Shown in pieces: positions 1 through 14,015 of a stretch of 64,000 nucleotides of DNA. The DNA comes from Squalus acanthias (Eukaryota). Within the stretch, counting starts at the first letter, position 1; every line of letters starts with the position of its first letter. Both the position numbers and the translations under genes were made by a program. The notes beneath the pieces were generated by a model, which searched no databases, had not been told where the DNA came from, and worked only from the letters and a program-made list of their open reading frames with translations. The stretch spans positions 70,496,001 to 70,560,000 of the forward strand of contig CM059438.1 in the NCBI GenBank assembly GCA_030390025.1. The letters run 5' to 3'.

Positions 1-711
1 ATATCTAGACAGCACTGTGTTCTGTATCATTGCTATTACGTTGCTGGTGGTCTGTGAATGATTCCGTTTTACACCCGAGGCCCGAAATCGACATGACAGA
101 AATCCACCCATCCTCACAATGAACCCGGCAGCTAGGCGCAAGTGAATTCAAAATTAGCGTGAGCCCATTTCATTAGGTTACATCATGAGCACACTTCATT
201 GGTTTATTTACCCCTCAATATATTCAGGCACTGAGGCGAGATGCTCCCGATTCCCTCTGGGCAACCTCATTTACACATGATGGTCCTCGCTGCCTTCATA
301 CGGCCTTGGGGAAGATCGAGTTTCAAATTAAGCATCTCTGGGATGTTTACACATGACATTTCACTCCCAGCAAAGGATCTGAGCAGATCGACATTGCGTC
401 ACTCATCCGCCTGCAAGCAGCTCTCATGCTCACAATTAAGAACAGTTTTGCAAGAAAAAAACTGCTTCACGCGACTTTCCGATTAAAATATTTCAGACAG
501 TGATCTGTGAATGAAAAAAAAACTGTGCCTGTGCGAATGACTCTAATACTGCTACAAGTTCTTTATTTCTACATTCCAGCCTGTGTTAGTTTTTTTTAAT
601 TATATGCAACACTTAATTTCTTGCACTTACGTTGTGCTGTTTTCATTTGAGTCCAGTTATCCAGGGCACAATATCTGCTTTTGAAATGCGTAGAGATTTC
701 CCAGATACCTA

Positions 712-3700
712 CAATGGCTTCTCTTCCTGCTCCCACATGGTTACCTCTGGGGTCCCCCAAGGATCCCCTCTTGGCCCCCTCCTATTTCCCAGCTACATAC
801 TGCTCCTTGGCGACATCATCCGAAAACACAGCATCAGTTTCCACATGTACGCTGACAACACCCAGCTCTACCTCACCACCACTTCTCTCGACCCCTCCAC
901 GGTCTCTGAATTGTCAGACTGCTTGTCCGACATCCAATACTGGATGAGCAGAAATTTTCTCCAATTAAATATTGGGAAGACTGAAGCCATTGTTTTCGGT
1001 CCCCGCCACAAACTCCATTCCCTATGCCACAGACTCTATCCCTCTCCCTAGCATCTGTCTAAGGCTGAACCAGACTGTCCACAACCTTGGTGTCATATTT
1101 GACCCTGAAATGAGCTTCTGACCACATATCTGCGGCATAACTAAGACCGCCTATTTCCACCTCCGTAATATTGCCCATCTCCACCCCTGCCTCAGTTTAT
1201 CTGTTGCTGAAATCTTCATCCATGTCTTTGTTACCTCTAGACTTGACTATTCCAACGCACTGCTGGCTGGCCTCCCATGTTCAACCCTACGTAAACTTGA
1301 GGTCATCCAAAACTCGGCTGCCTGTGTCCTAACTCGCACCAAGTCCCGTTCACCTATCACTCCTGTACTTGCTGACCTACATTGGCTCCCAGTTAAGCAA
1401 CGCCTTGATTACAAAATTCTCATCCTTGTTTTCAAATCCCTCCATGGCCTCGCCCCTCCCTAGCTCTGTAATCTCCTTCAGAGATCCAGCAGCTAGCCGA
1501 CAGCCACGACGTGCGTGGATTCTTTAGCGCAGTCAAGACCATCTACGGCCCAAGCACCCACGGCCCTACCCCACTGCGGGCCAAGAACGGAGAGGTACTC
1601 ATCAAGGACAGAGAGGCAGTCAGTGCACTTCGAAGATCTCCTTAACCGAGACTCTGTCTTCGACGCGAGTGTCCTCAACTCCATCCCGCAGCATGCTACC
1701 CGCCACCATCTCAGCACAACCCCAGCCCAGCATGAGGTTGAAAAGGCCATCCGATAACTGAAGAACAACAAGGCCTCAGGAGCAGATGGAATCCTCACCG
1801 AGGCGCTCAAGCATGGTAGAGAAGCACTACTGACGCGAATTCATGAACTCATTTCTCTTATCTGGAAGGAGGAGAGCATGCCAGGGGATCTCAGAGACGC
1901 CGTAATTGTGACCATCTTCAAGAAAGGTGACAAGTCCGATTGTGGTAATTACAGAGGAGTTTCCCTGCTGTCTGGCACAGGGAAAGTCATCGCAAGAATC
2001 CTCCTCAATCGCCTTCTCCCAGTGACTGAAGAGCTCCTCCCAGAGTCGCAATGCAGATTCCGCCCACTAAGGGGCACAATGGACATGATCTCCACCACAC
2101 GTCAATTACAAGAGAAATGCAGGGAACAGCACCAACCGCTGTACATGGCCTTCTTTGATCTCACAAAGGCCTTCGACACTGTCAACCGTGGGGGATTATG
2201 GAGTTTCCTCCTCAAATTCGGCTGCCCTCAAAAGTTTGTCACCATCCTCCGCCTGCTTCACGACAACATGCAAGCCGTGATCCTGACCAACGGTTCCACC
2301 ACAGACCCAATTCACGTACGAACCGGGGTCAAGCAAGGCTGTGTCATCGCACAAACGCTCTTCTTGATCTTCCTTGCTGCAATGCTCCATCTCACCCTCA
2401 GTAAGCTCCCCACTGGAGTGGAGCTAATTTACAGAACAAATGGGAAACTGTTCAACCTCCGTCGCGTCCAGTCCAGATCCAAGGTCGTCCCATCCTCTGT
2501 CATCGAATTACAGTATGCAGACGACGCTTGCGTCTGCGCTCACTCGGAGGTCGAACTCCAAACCATCGTCAACACCTTCACCGAAGCGTACGAGAGCATG
2601 GGCCTTACACTAAACATCCGTAAGACAAAGGTCCTCTACCAACCTGCCCCCGCCACACAGTACTGCCCCCCCCCCGATTATCAAAATCCACGACAAGACC
2701 TTGGACAACGTGGACCACTTTCCATACCTCGGGAGCCTACTATCAACAAGGGCAGACGTTGATGACGAAGTCCAACACCGCCTTCACTGTGCCAGTGCAG
2801 CCTTCGGTCGCCTGAGGAAGAGAGTGTTTGAAGATCAGGACCTCAAACCCAGCACTAAGCGCATGGTCTACAGAGCAGCAGTGATACCCGCCCTGATGTA
2901 TGCCTCAGAGACATGGACCATGTACAGCAGGCACCTCAAAGCACTGGAGAGGTACCACCAACGCTGCCTCCGCAAGATCCTGCAAATCCATTGGCAGGAT
3001 AGGCGCACCAACGTCAGTGTTCTCGCTCAGGCCAACATCCCCAGCATCGAAGCTTTGACCACGCTCGATCAGCTCCGATGGACGGGTCACATCATCCGCA
3101 TGCCCGATACGAGACTCCCAAAACAAGCGCTCTATTCAGAGCTCCGGCATGGCAAGAAAGCCCCAGGTGGGCAGAGGAAATGCGTCAAGGACACCCTCAA
3201 AGCCTCCTTGAAAAAGTGTAACATCCCCACCGACACCTGGGAATCCCTGGCCCAAGACCGCACAAAGTGGAGGAGAAGCATCCGGGAAGGCGCCGAACAC
3301 CTCAAGTCTCTTCGCCGGGAGCAAGCGGAAGCCAAGCGCAGGCAGCGCAAGGAGCACACGTCAACCCAAGCACCCCACCCACCTGCCGTCTGCCCCACCT
3401 GTGACAGAGACTGTAGGTCCCGCATTGAACTCATCAGTCACCTGCAAACTCATTTTTAATGTGGAAGCAAGTCAACCTCGGTTCCGAGGGACTGCCTAAG
3501 AAGAAGAATCTCCTTCAGCCCCACAATCCCCCGAGATATCTGCGCTCCTCTTATTCTGCCCTCTTGAGCATCCCTGATTATAATCGCAAAACCATTGGTG
3601 GCTGTGCCTTCTGTTGCCTAGGCCCTAAGCTCTGGAATTCCTTCCCTAAACCTCTCCACCTCTTTACCTCTCTTTCCACCTTTAAGACGCTTCTTAAAAT

Positions 3701-3825
3701 CTCTTTGACCAAGCTTTTGGTCATCTGCCCTAATTTCTCCTTATGTGGCTCGGTGTCAAATCTATATTACTCCTGGGACATTTTACTACGTTAAAGGCGC
3801 TATATAAATACAAGTTGTTGTTGTT
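712..3825 (+). mobile_element. L2-clade LINE, 5'-truncated, split by an RTE insertion (L2 parts ~712-1481 and 3519-3825)
   Basis: RT motifs GVPQGSPLGPLLF and HMYADNTQLYL, then WMSRNFLQLNIGKTE. 3' tail ggcgctatataaatacaa(GTT)n. Closely similar to 21957-23951. Confidence 0.92.
1482..3506 (+). mobile_element. RTE-clade LINE, 5'-truncated, with disrupted RT ORF
   Basis: ORFs 1878-2762 and 2701-3459 contain NYRGVSLL, FFDLTKAFDTV, GVKQGC, LQYADD and a C-terminal CPTCDRDCRSRIELISHLQTH zinc finger. (AAG)n tail. 12-bp TSD AATCTCCTTCAG at 1470-1481 and 3507-3518. Confidence 0.95.
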
Positions 3826-4099
3826 ACACCATGATCAGAGTCCCCGAGCATACCTTTGCATTTGACTCTGGTCTTGAGGGAGGCCACGATCCTATTTCGT
3901 CCCTGATCACTTTTGTCAGTAAATTTAAGTGGGATCTATGAAAGCTGACTTGGAACATAACGTATCTGTTATAACATCATGCAACACAATAGGAGAAAGA
4001 CCACCTCTTTATGTGTACCTCTTCACATTTGATCTCTTCATAGGGGGGAATAGATCTGAGCTTAACATTGAAGATGTCATCTGTATTTATTTTTGTAAG

Positions 4100-4200
4100 A
4101 AAGGAAAAAGAATTAACTTGCATTTATATAGCGCCTTTCATGACCTCAGGATGTCCCAAAGCACTTTATAGAAAAAAAAGTACTTTTTGAAGGGTAGTCA
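4100..4200 (-). mobile_element. 3' fragment of tRNA-Deu SINE (L2-type tail)
   Basis: ttgcatttatatagcgcctttcatgacctcaggatgtcccaaagcacttt matches the tail of the copy at 59532-59972. Confidence 0.7.
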
Positions 4201-4865
4201 AAATTCAGTAACATTTACACTTAAGTGTAAAATATAAGAGGAGTGTAGCCTTTCTGGGTTCATTGGCTTTATTTTGAATACAGATAATCATTGTTCCATT
4301 TTTTGAGCCCCTCGCTTCAATAGTTAATGTTATAAATTCACATAACACCTATTATTGCCAGTGTTCTCATGTAGGAAAAGATAAATGTTAAATATATCAA
4401 AGCAAATTCTGTGAGTTCATATAATTACATGGGTCATTTCCTGACATTGTGCTGGCGCTGAGGAGCTTTGTCCATCAGCATTGCATGCCGGAAGTTCAGA
4501 CGCACCATTTTCTGACCACTCATACTAATAGTCGGAAAATTGCATGCTTTGTGAGCCCAAATTTCTACTATCCGCAGCCAAAGGGCGAGGCTCCTCACCA
4601 GAGGGACAAAGGTTGAAAATTGCTCCATATATGCTTATTTAAAATTTTAAAATATATATATATATATATAATTAATCAATTCTTTCTAATCAGTTCAAAC
4701 TGCTCGATGTGATGTCACTGGGAAGTTTTTGTCGCAATAGCTGGGCTTTTTTTTTAACAAGTCAGCAAATATCTGGCATGTTAGTTGCTGGGCTTGTCCT
4801 ACAGAGAATGTTTCCAGTTTTTCAAATTTTCACTTCAAGTTGTAGAGGCTCGAGGCTGTGACACT

Positions 4866-5095
4866 GGGGGTGATTTTAACCCTACTCGTTCGGCAGAAAC
4901 CTGGCAGGTGGGCAGTTACAATCGCCCTGGCTCTTACCTGTCCAAGAGCCACCATGGTCGCAACATCTGCAATTTTAACCTGCTCTCCTGAGCAGGCAGC
5001 AAGGACACGCGCCCGGAGCCAACAGGGTCCTTCTTTGCATATGCATGTTGCGGCACGGTGACATCATTGAGACCCGACTGTAATTTTAACTCTAG
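4866..5095. mobile_element. Truncated Harbinger-type MITE fragment
   Basis: Begins GGGGGTGATTTT (TIR-like). Aligns by eye with the first ~220 bp of the MITE at 24223-24770 (ggcagaaacc, gggcagtta, aattttaa, gcaaggacac, gggtcct). No right TIR found. Confidence 0.55.
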
Positions 5096-7512
5096 CTGTG
5101 TGGGGAGTGTCACGAATCCACAATATTTGTGCCCACCTGTTTAAAAAGTCGACTGGTATCATGTCACACATGCTTTGAGACAACAGTGCCTTATTAAGCT
5201 GGTCTTGGGGAAATCCACGGTTTTGCTCCTGCTTATTGGAAATCGAGCTGTATTTTCGGTCTCACAAAGATCTGCATATTGGTGCAGAATCATATTAAAA
5301 TACTTCAGCCTATGTGGCCAAGGTTGGAGACAATGATCTAAAGATAATGTGCCACTCCTGATATATTTTCACTGATTTCTAGACCCCTAGTTGTCCTGTT
5401 TACGCCAGTTCCCTAGGATCAGCATTACCACATTTTGCCCTTAAGGTATGGAATTCCTCGCCCAGCCCAGTTGCTGATTCAGCTCCATTCCTACAGTTCA
5501 ATTCTGCCACTTACGCAAACACAATCTGTCCCACTGTTTATTTAATCTTAATCTACTGAGTGATATGGATTCCATGAAGCTTTAGCAAAAATACTTGGCA
5601 TTCTGCAATTAGCTTCATGTTTTGTTTTCTTTTTACCCCATTTATATTTTGCATCTTCTAGCAATAACATCAATGACATTTGTATTTACATAGTGCCTTT
5701 AACATCGTGAAACGTCCCAAGGCGCTTCACAGAAGCATTATCAAACAAAAGTTGACAGAGTCGAATATCCATAACATTTTAAATGTCATTTGTGTCTTCA
5801 AACAGCTAATTTATTCACAGGGAGGCGGGGCTTACTTTGTCCTTCAATTCTTACTCCCCCCCTTTCTACTTATTTATCTTTTTTGACAGGTTTTATCTCG
5901 TAAAATTACCAGACAAATCATAATTGTTACTCAATTTAAAAAAAAAAAGTTTTTTGTCAAAAAGAAGTATTTATCCTAGAATGCATGCTAGTATTCTTAT
6001 TAAATGTGTTCAGGTGTGTATTCTCACTTTCTCACCAACGTGTGGAATATATTACAGTTCCCTGCCTCCACCAGTCTAATAGTCCAGTTATAATGCGCTG
6101 TTTGCATCAATACAAGTTCGTCACATCAACACAAACTGTATAATGTAATTCACATGTGGAGTTATTCAATTTGAAGTTAGGCCAAAGTCCAACACCACCT
6201 CAAATAGGTAGTCTCATAGTCATGGGCTATGCACAGCCCACAGTATAATGGCAAACTGCGTGAAGTGAGTTTAAAAGTTTCCCAACCCATGGACTTTTCA
6301 ATCTTCAATTTTTGGTCGGTAACATTAAAAAGAGAGCCAACTGTCCCTTCAGCTTTGTGGTAACATTAACATTCAACTAGCATTTGGACGCCAGCCATCT
6401 GCCTATCTAAGTGGTACCTGAAGTATAATGATGCCCTTTCTGTGAAACCCTTTGCATACTACTGAATCTATCCACGTTGTTTTTAAAGGGGCCCCGTGTG
6501 CTCATTACTGGCTTTACCTTGTAGTTTCCACCATCCCCACTCACTTGTACTGATTCGAAAGTAAATACGTAAATGTAGCAAAAATGTATCTGTTTGAATA
6601 TTACCGCAGCCCTTTTTCAGCATTTGTGGAATGACTCCTAACCGCTTTGAACAGTAGATTATACCTAAAACAGTTTGAAAATGATCACAGCAACAGGACA
6701 CATAGAGACATAAAGCACGCAGGATTGAGCATTGATCATCTGCAAGTGTAGCAGTTTCAGATGAATCTCTCTGCGCACTACTGTTTTGCCCTTTCAGAAA
6801 AGTCATCACTGTACGAGACAATAAATAGCATTACAATGAAAGTTGCTCAAGCCAGGATTAGTTCTCTATCATCTGAGCAAAGTGTTTTCATTAAAACCAG
6901 ATTGCTTTTCGAAGTGCTACTTAGACTGGTCAGGGCAAAGGGGTTAAAGACCACCTATTTCCAAATGTCAGTTAAACACGCAGCTGACCATTAAATAAAT
7001 GTCTGCTTTCACGGAGCAACTTACCCGTGTTTGTTTGTTGAGCTATGTGCAGGATTGTTTGCTGTAAATTTTCCCCCCTTTATTTTTTGTGTTTACCCAA
7101 AAGAAAGTGTACAAATAATTAAGTCAGTATGTGTTCCTTAATTCTGAGGTAACGTGACACCAATCTAGTCGAAGGAACTGTGCTTTGATTCTGCTAGATT
7201 GCTTGTTGTCATGCAATGTTTTTCTAACTGTAAAAATGTGGATATACCAAGAAATACAGGAGGGCAAAAAAGAAAATTGGATGTTACCAATTTCAAAGAT
7301 GATGGGTGTTGTTTGTCTTTAATGTTAATTGTGACTTTGAAATACATACGACGTGAGATGGATTATTGATTCCTGTCAGGGATTAGATGTACATTTTGTA
7401 ATCTATGTTGCCCTTTTGCTGTGATGTTGCATTACAGGAAATGAGACGGTGACTCACTTACTGAGTGGAGTTTTAATGCTTTTGCCACCCACTTATTGTG
7501 ATTGTTTTGCAG

Positions 7513-7646
7513 GCCTTCAAGACTGCGCTAATGAGCTCCTATTGGTGCTTGGGGAAGGGTGATGTCATTGATGACTGGTGCAGATGTGACTTGAGTGCAT
7601 TTGATGAGGATGGACTCCCAAGCTGCAGCCCGTTACCTCAGCCTGT
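7513..7646 (+). CDS. ASTN1: Astrotactin-1 internal coding exon (Cys-rich EGF-like segment preceding the FNIII domain)
   Basis: Acceptor ttttgcAG at 7511-7512 and donor GTATGT at 7647. The 134 nt translate as [44 protein letters not shown](V), matching the astrotactin motif [22 protein letters not shown] as recalled. Ends in phase 2. Confidence 0.95.
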
Positions 7647-8938
7647 GTATGTATCCTAATCGTATTTGTAATCACCTTTGAATAAGGTTTTACATATCCC
7701 TGATGTTGCAAATCCTAGTGGCTATAAAGTTTCATAAGATACCGCCACACTCTGAGCTCTTTGGCACAGTGGTAGCAAACTTTGGAACACAAATGAGCCA
7801 GCAGGATCAAGTGTAACATTGATTTAAGTGCACATTTTATGATGTAACCCTGGTATTTTTAGCAATGTCCTTTGATTTATAATACCTTGCTTAGTGTATT
7901 CTTTGTTCTTTACCATGACCGCAAGTTGAGGTGTTAGCAGGAAAGGGCATTTTTATTTATTTAATCTTAAATCAGAATTTGTTTTAATCTTCACCCCTAA
8001 TGCTTTTGTTATTAGCACTCTAAGGTACAGAGGCAAAGTGTTAATTATAATACATTTTCTTTTTAAATGTCTCAAAATGATGCTCAAGTGCTGACGGTAT
8101 TTTCTTGGATGGAGCCCTGAACTCTTCAAGATATTCTGAACCACAACCTCTGTAATGCAGCAATTGTATAAATTCAAGTTGATGAGAACAGCCAGACTCA
8201 AACCTGAAGACCATCAAAGGTCAATGAATTGTTGTTATCATTATACATCACTGTGGATGTATTTCTGAGCATAGATATTGTATGTGACCTGGTCCAGACA
8301 AATGCCAGTCCATATCAATGGAGTACTGGATTTCAGAGACTGGTTTATAATAAGGACAGATGATAATTTGGGACACTTCAGCTTCAAGCCACCACATCCA
8401 ATCTGCACCCGTTAATCCCTATTTACCTATTTATCAGTCTTGGCCAATCATATTTTCTTTTCTTGACTTTCGACCTGATGTTCTTGATTCACTCATTCTC
8501 CATATGCCCTTGACCAAATAAGATCAATTCCGACCAATATCCTAGAGGAAATGTCATTGACGGAAGGTAAAAGACAGATGATGAAGAGAGGGATAAGAGG
8601 AACAGTACAAAGGATGTAATAGGAAAAAGTACAAATATGACGGACAGATTAAGTGAAGACCAGAAAGGAAGATAAATTAGAGAAGGTGGTGCAGAAAGGG
8701 TGTCAGGAAAGGAAAAGTAAAGAACCAGGTAGAGAGGCGGGAGGCAAGATACAAAGATAGATGGGACAAGGATGAAGAAAAGTAAATACAGGAAAAATAA
8801 AGCAAAGAAATAAAACCAGAGTGTCATTGCAATGAAACATCTGAAAGCACTTTATAATGAATTTCCTTTTAAAGGGCTGTTGTTTTGTACACAAAGGTGA
8901 ACAGCTATTCTGTGCCAGCAATGTCTCACAAACGCATT

Positions 8939-10704
8939 GGCCGGAATTTTACTGGCGCTGAGAGGACGGGATCAGAGGCAGGTCAGCTGTGAAAATAGAA
9001 ATGATTGACAGTGGGTCGGGACCCCACTATCAACCCGCCTCCACACGAGTCTCCCAGGTGTCGGGTCTGTCAGCGCTGAAAAGACCCGACACCAAGCGGC
9101 AGGGGAAGCAATTGACATCATTAAATGCATTGTTAACAGCCAATTAAGTGTTATTTTCTGCCTACCTTTCAATTTTACGTGTTCCCCACGGGTTACCCGC
9201 TGCTCAGGGAACACGTCAGCTCAGCATGTTGAGCGTGGATTCAGCATTGAATTATCTCATGACCTGACAGCTGCAAAAGCAAAAGATCCCATGTTACAGC
9301 TGTTCACTTTCAAAGCTCAGAAACTGTTGGTTACTGCATTTGGAAGACATATTGAGCTTTCTGCAGTTTGCAAGTGTTTGGAGCCAACTCTCTAGCCAGT
9401 GCCACCTCATTGGAACAACCTCTCTCACCATTGACAGATCGCTTCTGTCATCTCAACCTCAGCTGCCATCTATTCCATCAGCATGGGTGCCCTTGAAAAT
9501 ATTTCACCTTGGTCCTCAGAATCTCACCCTGATCAGCCCCAACACCAGCAGCACCAGGCACACCAGCAGCACCAACAACAACACCAACCTTCTCCGCAAT
9601 CATCTGATGCTGCACAGGACACAAGGCATCAGCACCCGACCACATTGCTGGCCAGGACGCCAGGTATGGCCTCACCATGGCTAGATTTACTTCACTTGAC
9701 GCTGTAAACCCTGGCTGCCACATGATGCGTCAGGTTGGCACCACCCCACACCAACTCTATAAAACATCCCTACAATGCCCAAGCCATTCCTTTCACACTC
9801 ATCACCATTGCGGGGGGTACCCTTATGTCTCACCATTCACTGCAACTCACTAAGCCACTTCCAAAGGTGCACACAAATCTGTCCAAGAACTCAAACTGTT
9901 GAAAATAAAGGTTTCAATGTTTGACAGCACATTAACAGAAACTTCACATGAACATTGGTTAAAACACCCAAGTGCCTACCCTTGTGTGTTGTTAGTTGGT
10001 ATGCTTGCAGTAGGATGAGGGTGAGTGTGAGGGGTGGCTAGTGAGATGGGGAAGTGATAATGTAGATAGAGAGGGATGGGTGGAGGTGCAATGTAAGTTA
10101 GTGTGAGTAAGGATGTGCAGGAATAGGGTCGGGAAGGCAGAGTGATGGGGATGTGATGAGTGGCACAGCAGGATGAGGTTGAGTGTGGCATTGCAGTAAC
10201 TTTTCGTGATCTATTGAGATCATTGAAAGGTTTGTGCCACTGCAGCCTGGTCCCCCTAACGACATCCCTGCTTTTGCCTTCCTGTGCAATGTGCAACCAG
10301 GCTGTGTTGATCTCCTGGGGAGGTGTCTTCCGCCTATTGAAAGGGAAGAGGACCTCCCTGCGTGATATGACTCCCTCCATAAGCATATGGAGGGAGTCAT
10401 GGGAGAGTCTGGGTTCATCCGTGCACCTATGTGAAGTGCTTGTCAGTGTTTGCAGCACCTCAATGCTGTAGAACACTAACAGCAGAACTGTCAAGATCAA
10501 TTTGCACATGGTCCCTTTAAGGAAACCAGCTGATGAAGTGTCATCAAATGACGTCATCAGACCCGCTTACTTTTAATTGGCCGGGAACCTCGCCCAATCA
10601 TCGTAAATTCACTTCAACAGAGCGGGCTGGAGCAGGCAGCGGGCTGGGACCACGCTACTGACCCCGGCCGCCCTGGACCCGCCTTGGTGGGCGAAATCAC
10701 GGCC
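8939..10704 (-). mobile_element. Non-autonomous PIF/Harbinger element carrying a Myb/SANT-like gene remnant
   Basis: TIRs GGCCGGAATTTT ... GAAATCACGGCC with 3-bp TSD ATT (8936-8938, 10705-10707). Myb/SANT-like ORF on the minus strand. No DDE transposase seen. Confidence 0.85.
10195..10430 (-). pseudogene. Harbinger Myb/SANT-like (NAIF1/MSANTD-type) DNA-binding domain remnant
   Basis: PRLSHDSLHMLMEGVISRREVLFP...TAWLHIAQE...RGTRLQWHKPFNDL fits the trihelix pattern (RFS...L...W..IA...R...Q..K.FNDL). Second copy at 49800-50030. Confidence 0.8.
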
Positions 10705-13259
10705 ATTGGTTCAGGGAGCAATGTTGGCCAGGACACTGGGAGAATTCCTTGCTCTTTTTTGTATAGTGTCATGGGAGGGAAGAGCCAAATAAAAATAAAG
10801 AATTGATGTTGTCCGGCTCATGAGATGTCACTGGCATTTCCTGAACATTTTACTTTCGACTGCTGAAAGTCTGAAATGTCCCACCCTCTTGAAAGCTGAC
10901 TGTTGGCAGAAGCTGTTGTCTTCGGTCAGAGAAAGAGCAAAGCCTCTTATGTGTTATTGAAGCCTTTTGTTTAACCGCCACTTGTGTGGCTGATGGATAA
11001 AATCCATTAACTTGATCCTCCTTCTCCACTTTTCTGAAGTATAATTTTTTTTTAAACCGGGGATTTTGTCTCATCTACTAAGGAATTTTATGTGCGTTCC
11101 AATTGATCTCTGAGCCTTCCTTTCATTGAGTTGCAAAGATATAGGAAACTGTTCAGCATGGTCCATCCAATTCACCACTGCTGCATCATAAGCCAACGTA
11201 TTTGTAGCTTTTGTTTAATGGTGCACACTATGTAAAAACACAGTAGGGGTAAAATTCCTCTTCCAATAATTTTAACCAAAAAACTAATGTTAGGGGAAAA
11301 AATGGTGAAACCTGTTTTCTGCTCACTTTGACATTATTTTTAACAAAACTTTTTGACAGGAGGAATTTATCCCTTTGCTTTGTATGATGAATTACTCTTT
11401 CCACCGACCATATTTCTTGAATGACTAGTCGATCTCATGTGGCATTGATATAAGTCAAGATCAAGAGTAGTCTTACGGTGAAATGGAATTAAGAGAGGGA
11501 GACAGTTAGACCAGGGTACACAGATGTAATTCAGTCTCTATTTTAAAGTCATACATTCTGCCCTTAGTTTTATATAATGCTTATTTTATATGATTTTCTG
11601 TTATTTATTCATAGCTAAATAGTAAAGCTTATGGGAGTTTGGGAAGCAGAGAAGTTGAGTTGGTTAGAGCATAGGAGTTTCTCTGACGTACAGGCTGAGG
11701 AGCTGGGAGATGCAAGACTGAGCTGGTACAACCCCACCACTGCTAGGAGGGAGTAATCACAATGTGACAAGTTTACATTTGACAGCCGCCAGTATAAATG
11801 TAGACATTGTGATTTATAATGGAATAAGATCACAAGATAATTACAGAGAAGAAGGCCATTTGACCCATCTTAATTCATCCATCCAGAGAGGCCTGATGTT
11901 CGCTTATTGTAGCATCCAGTTGTTTCTTAAGTGATTCCAGGATTTACCTCCACTACTCAATCTGGAAGTTTATTCCACAAGTTGACCATTCTTGGTGTGC
12001 AAAAAATAAAATCTTGACACCAGTCCTAAAATTACCTTTCGTTAATTTGAACCTGTATTTCCTAGTTTTACTCCACAGTTTAATTTAAAGTATTATTGTG
12101 GGTTAACTTTTTCTGTACCCTTAACAATCTTACAAACTTAACAATCTGTAAGATTACCTCTTAAACATCTCCTGAAAACCCAAGTCTCTCCAGTCTTTCC
12201 TCATAACTCAGACCCGATAGCACTAAGATCGCCCTCGCGACTCTTCTCTGGACTGCTTCCAGTGCTTGAATGTCTCTCTTGTTTCTTGGTGACCAGAACT
12301 GGACATAGTATTCAAGGTACGATCTGCCAAAGCACGATATAGATTGATCATTACCTTCTCTGACATGTTGCACCGTATTGGCTATGTAGTTCAACATCCT
12401 GTTAGCTTTATTGATTGCTGCCTTGCGTTGGTTGGACGAGTTTAGTGTTGAGTCTACTTAGACTCCGAGGTCCTTTTAAGCATCATCCTTAGTTATTTCA
12501 GTACCATTCAGGAGTACGCCTGTAAACTACTTTTCCTTCCTATGTGTAGCTCTTTACAATTTTCTGTCTTAAATTGTTATTCCCATTTATGTATTTTGTC
12601 CCACTGTAATTTCTTGAGCTACCTCTTCCAGTTCCACTGCCTCTTCTAGTTTGATATCATTTGCATTTTGACCACCTCGCATTGGGTTTATGAATCCAGG
12701 TCACTTATTTAAATTAGAAATAGCAGTAGTCCCAGCACTGAGCCCTGAGTCACCCCACTCAGTAATGAATCCCCACCCCGCCACCAGCACTCTTAACACA
12801 ACTTCTCTTATGAATACTCGTTGTTTCCTACCCATCATCCAGTTTCTTATCCATTATCAGTGTTTACATTGAATTTTCTCAGCTTTGAGTTTAATAAAAA
12901 AAAAGTCTTTCATGTGGAACCTTATCAAAAACCTTTCGGAGGTTGTGGTGCACCATATCATAGTCCACTTTGGTTTTCACTTCCTCAAAGAAGGCAAGGA
13001 AATTGGTCAGGCAGGCTCTCCTCCTCTATATCCATGCTGACTGCTGTAAATTAGGTTATTGATGTACAAATGATCTTCAAGTTTACTCATGATAATCAAT
13101 TACATTATTTTACCTGGAATGAAAATAAAACAAATGGCTCTGTGGTTACCCTTTTTAAATATGGGCATCATGTTAGCCTGTTTGCAGTCTACTGGTTATC
13201 CCACAATGTCCATTGACTCCATCATACCGATTATCATTGTCTCACAAATCTCCTCCCTA

Positions 13260-14015
13260 GGGCTGGATTTTACCAGCCCTGAGGAGACGGGTTTGGAGGC
13301 CGGACTGCTGGGAAAATGGCAGAAACTGGGAGCGGGTACCGACCCCGCTCCCAACCCGCCTCCGTGCCATCTTCCCGGGAGGCAGGTCCCCGAGTTGCGC
13401 AGGGACCCATCTCCTCGAGGCGGGAAGGGGATTAGAGGCTTTTCCCCATTTTACGCCTGCGAACCTCACCAGGGTCAGTGGGGGTGAGAGGGGTCGAAAT
13501 GCAAGATGTAGAGGTGAGTGATGGGTGCAAGTGTGGATAGGTAAGTATGAGAGGTGAACGTAAAGTGTTGGAAAAAGTTTCTTACCTTTGCTTCTTTCTG
13601 CAGTCTTCAACCTTTGAGGATCCGGAGGTGCCTCATCTCAACGGCAAAGATGACAGAATGGCTGCTGCATTCTCAGATGCTGCAGCCATCTGCTTTCTGC
13701 TGAGGAGAGAGGTCTTGGTGAGCCTTTGTGCAAGGGGTCACCTTAGAACAGAGATTGTCAGTGTTTGACAGCTTCTCAAAGCTGTCAAACGCTGACAATT
13801 CATCTGTCAAAAGATTTTCGACAGATGAAGCGTCATACGCTGACGTCATCTGTCACCGGCTTTCCCTTAATTGGTTGGTAAGCCTGCAGGGTGGGCTTAA
13901 CAAGGCCAATCAAGGGAAAATAGCGTGGGTTGGTCAGACGTTGTTGGGGGCGGGACTGAAACCAGGAAACCAGAAGTCCTGCTTCCAGCACATCTCCATT
14001 GACAAAATCCAGCCC
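13260..14015. mobile_element. Harbinger-type MITE (756 bp)
   Basis: Perfect 12-bp TIR GGGCTGGATTTT/AAAATCCAGCCC with 3-bp TSD CTA (13257-13259, 14016-14018). Related to 53296-54139. Confidence 0.9.

Noticed and set aside
8489..8827. Hydrophobic 112-aa ORF resembling a membrane protein
   Set aside because: It is the translation of a low-complexity pyrimidine-rich strand with no splice or homology support.
9483..9707. Poly-Gln/His host protein
   Set aside because: It lies within Harbinger TIRs and recurs, disrupted, at ~48350, so it is transposon-derived.
11245..11374. Short inverted repeat AGGGGTAAAATTCCTC / GAGGAATTTATCCCT
   Set aside because: Possibly a tiny decayed MITE, but there is no clear TSD and no second copy in the window.
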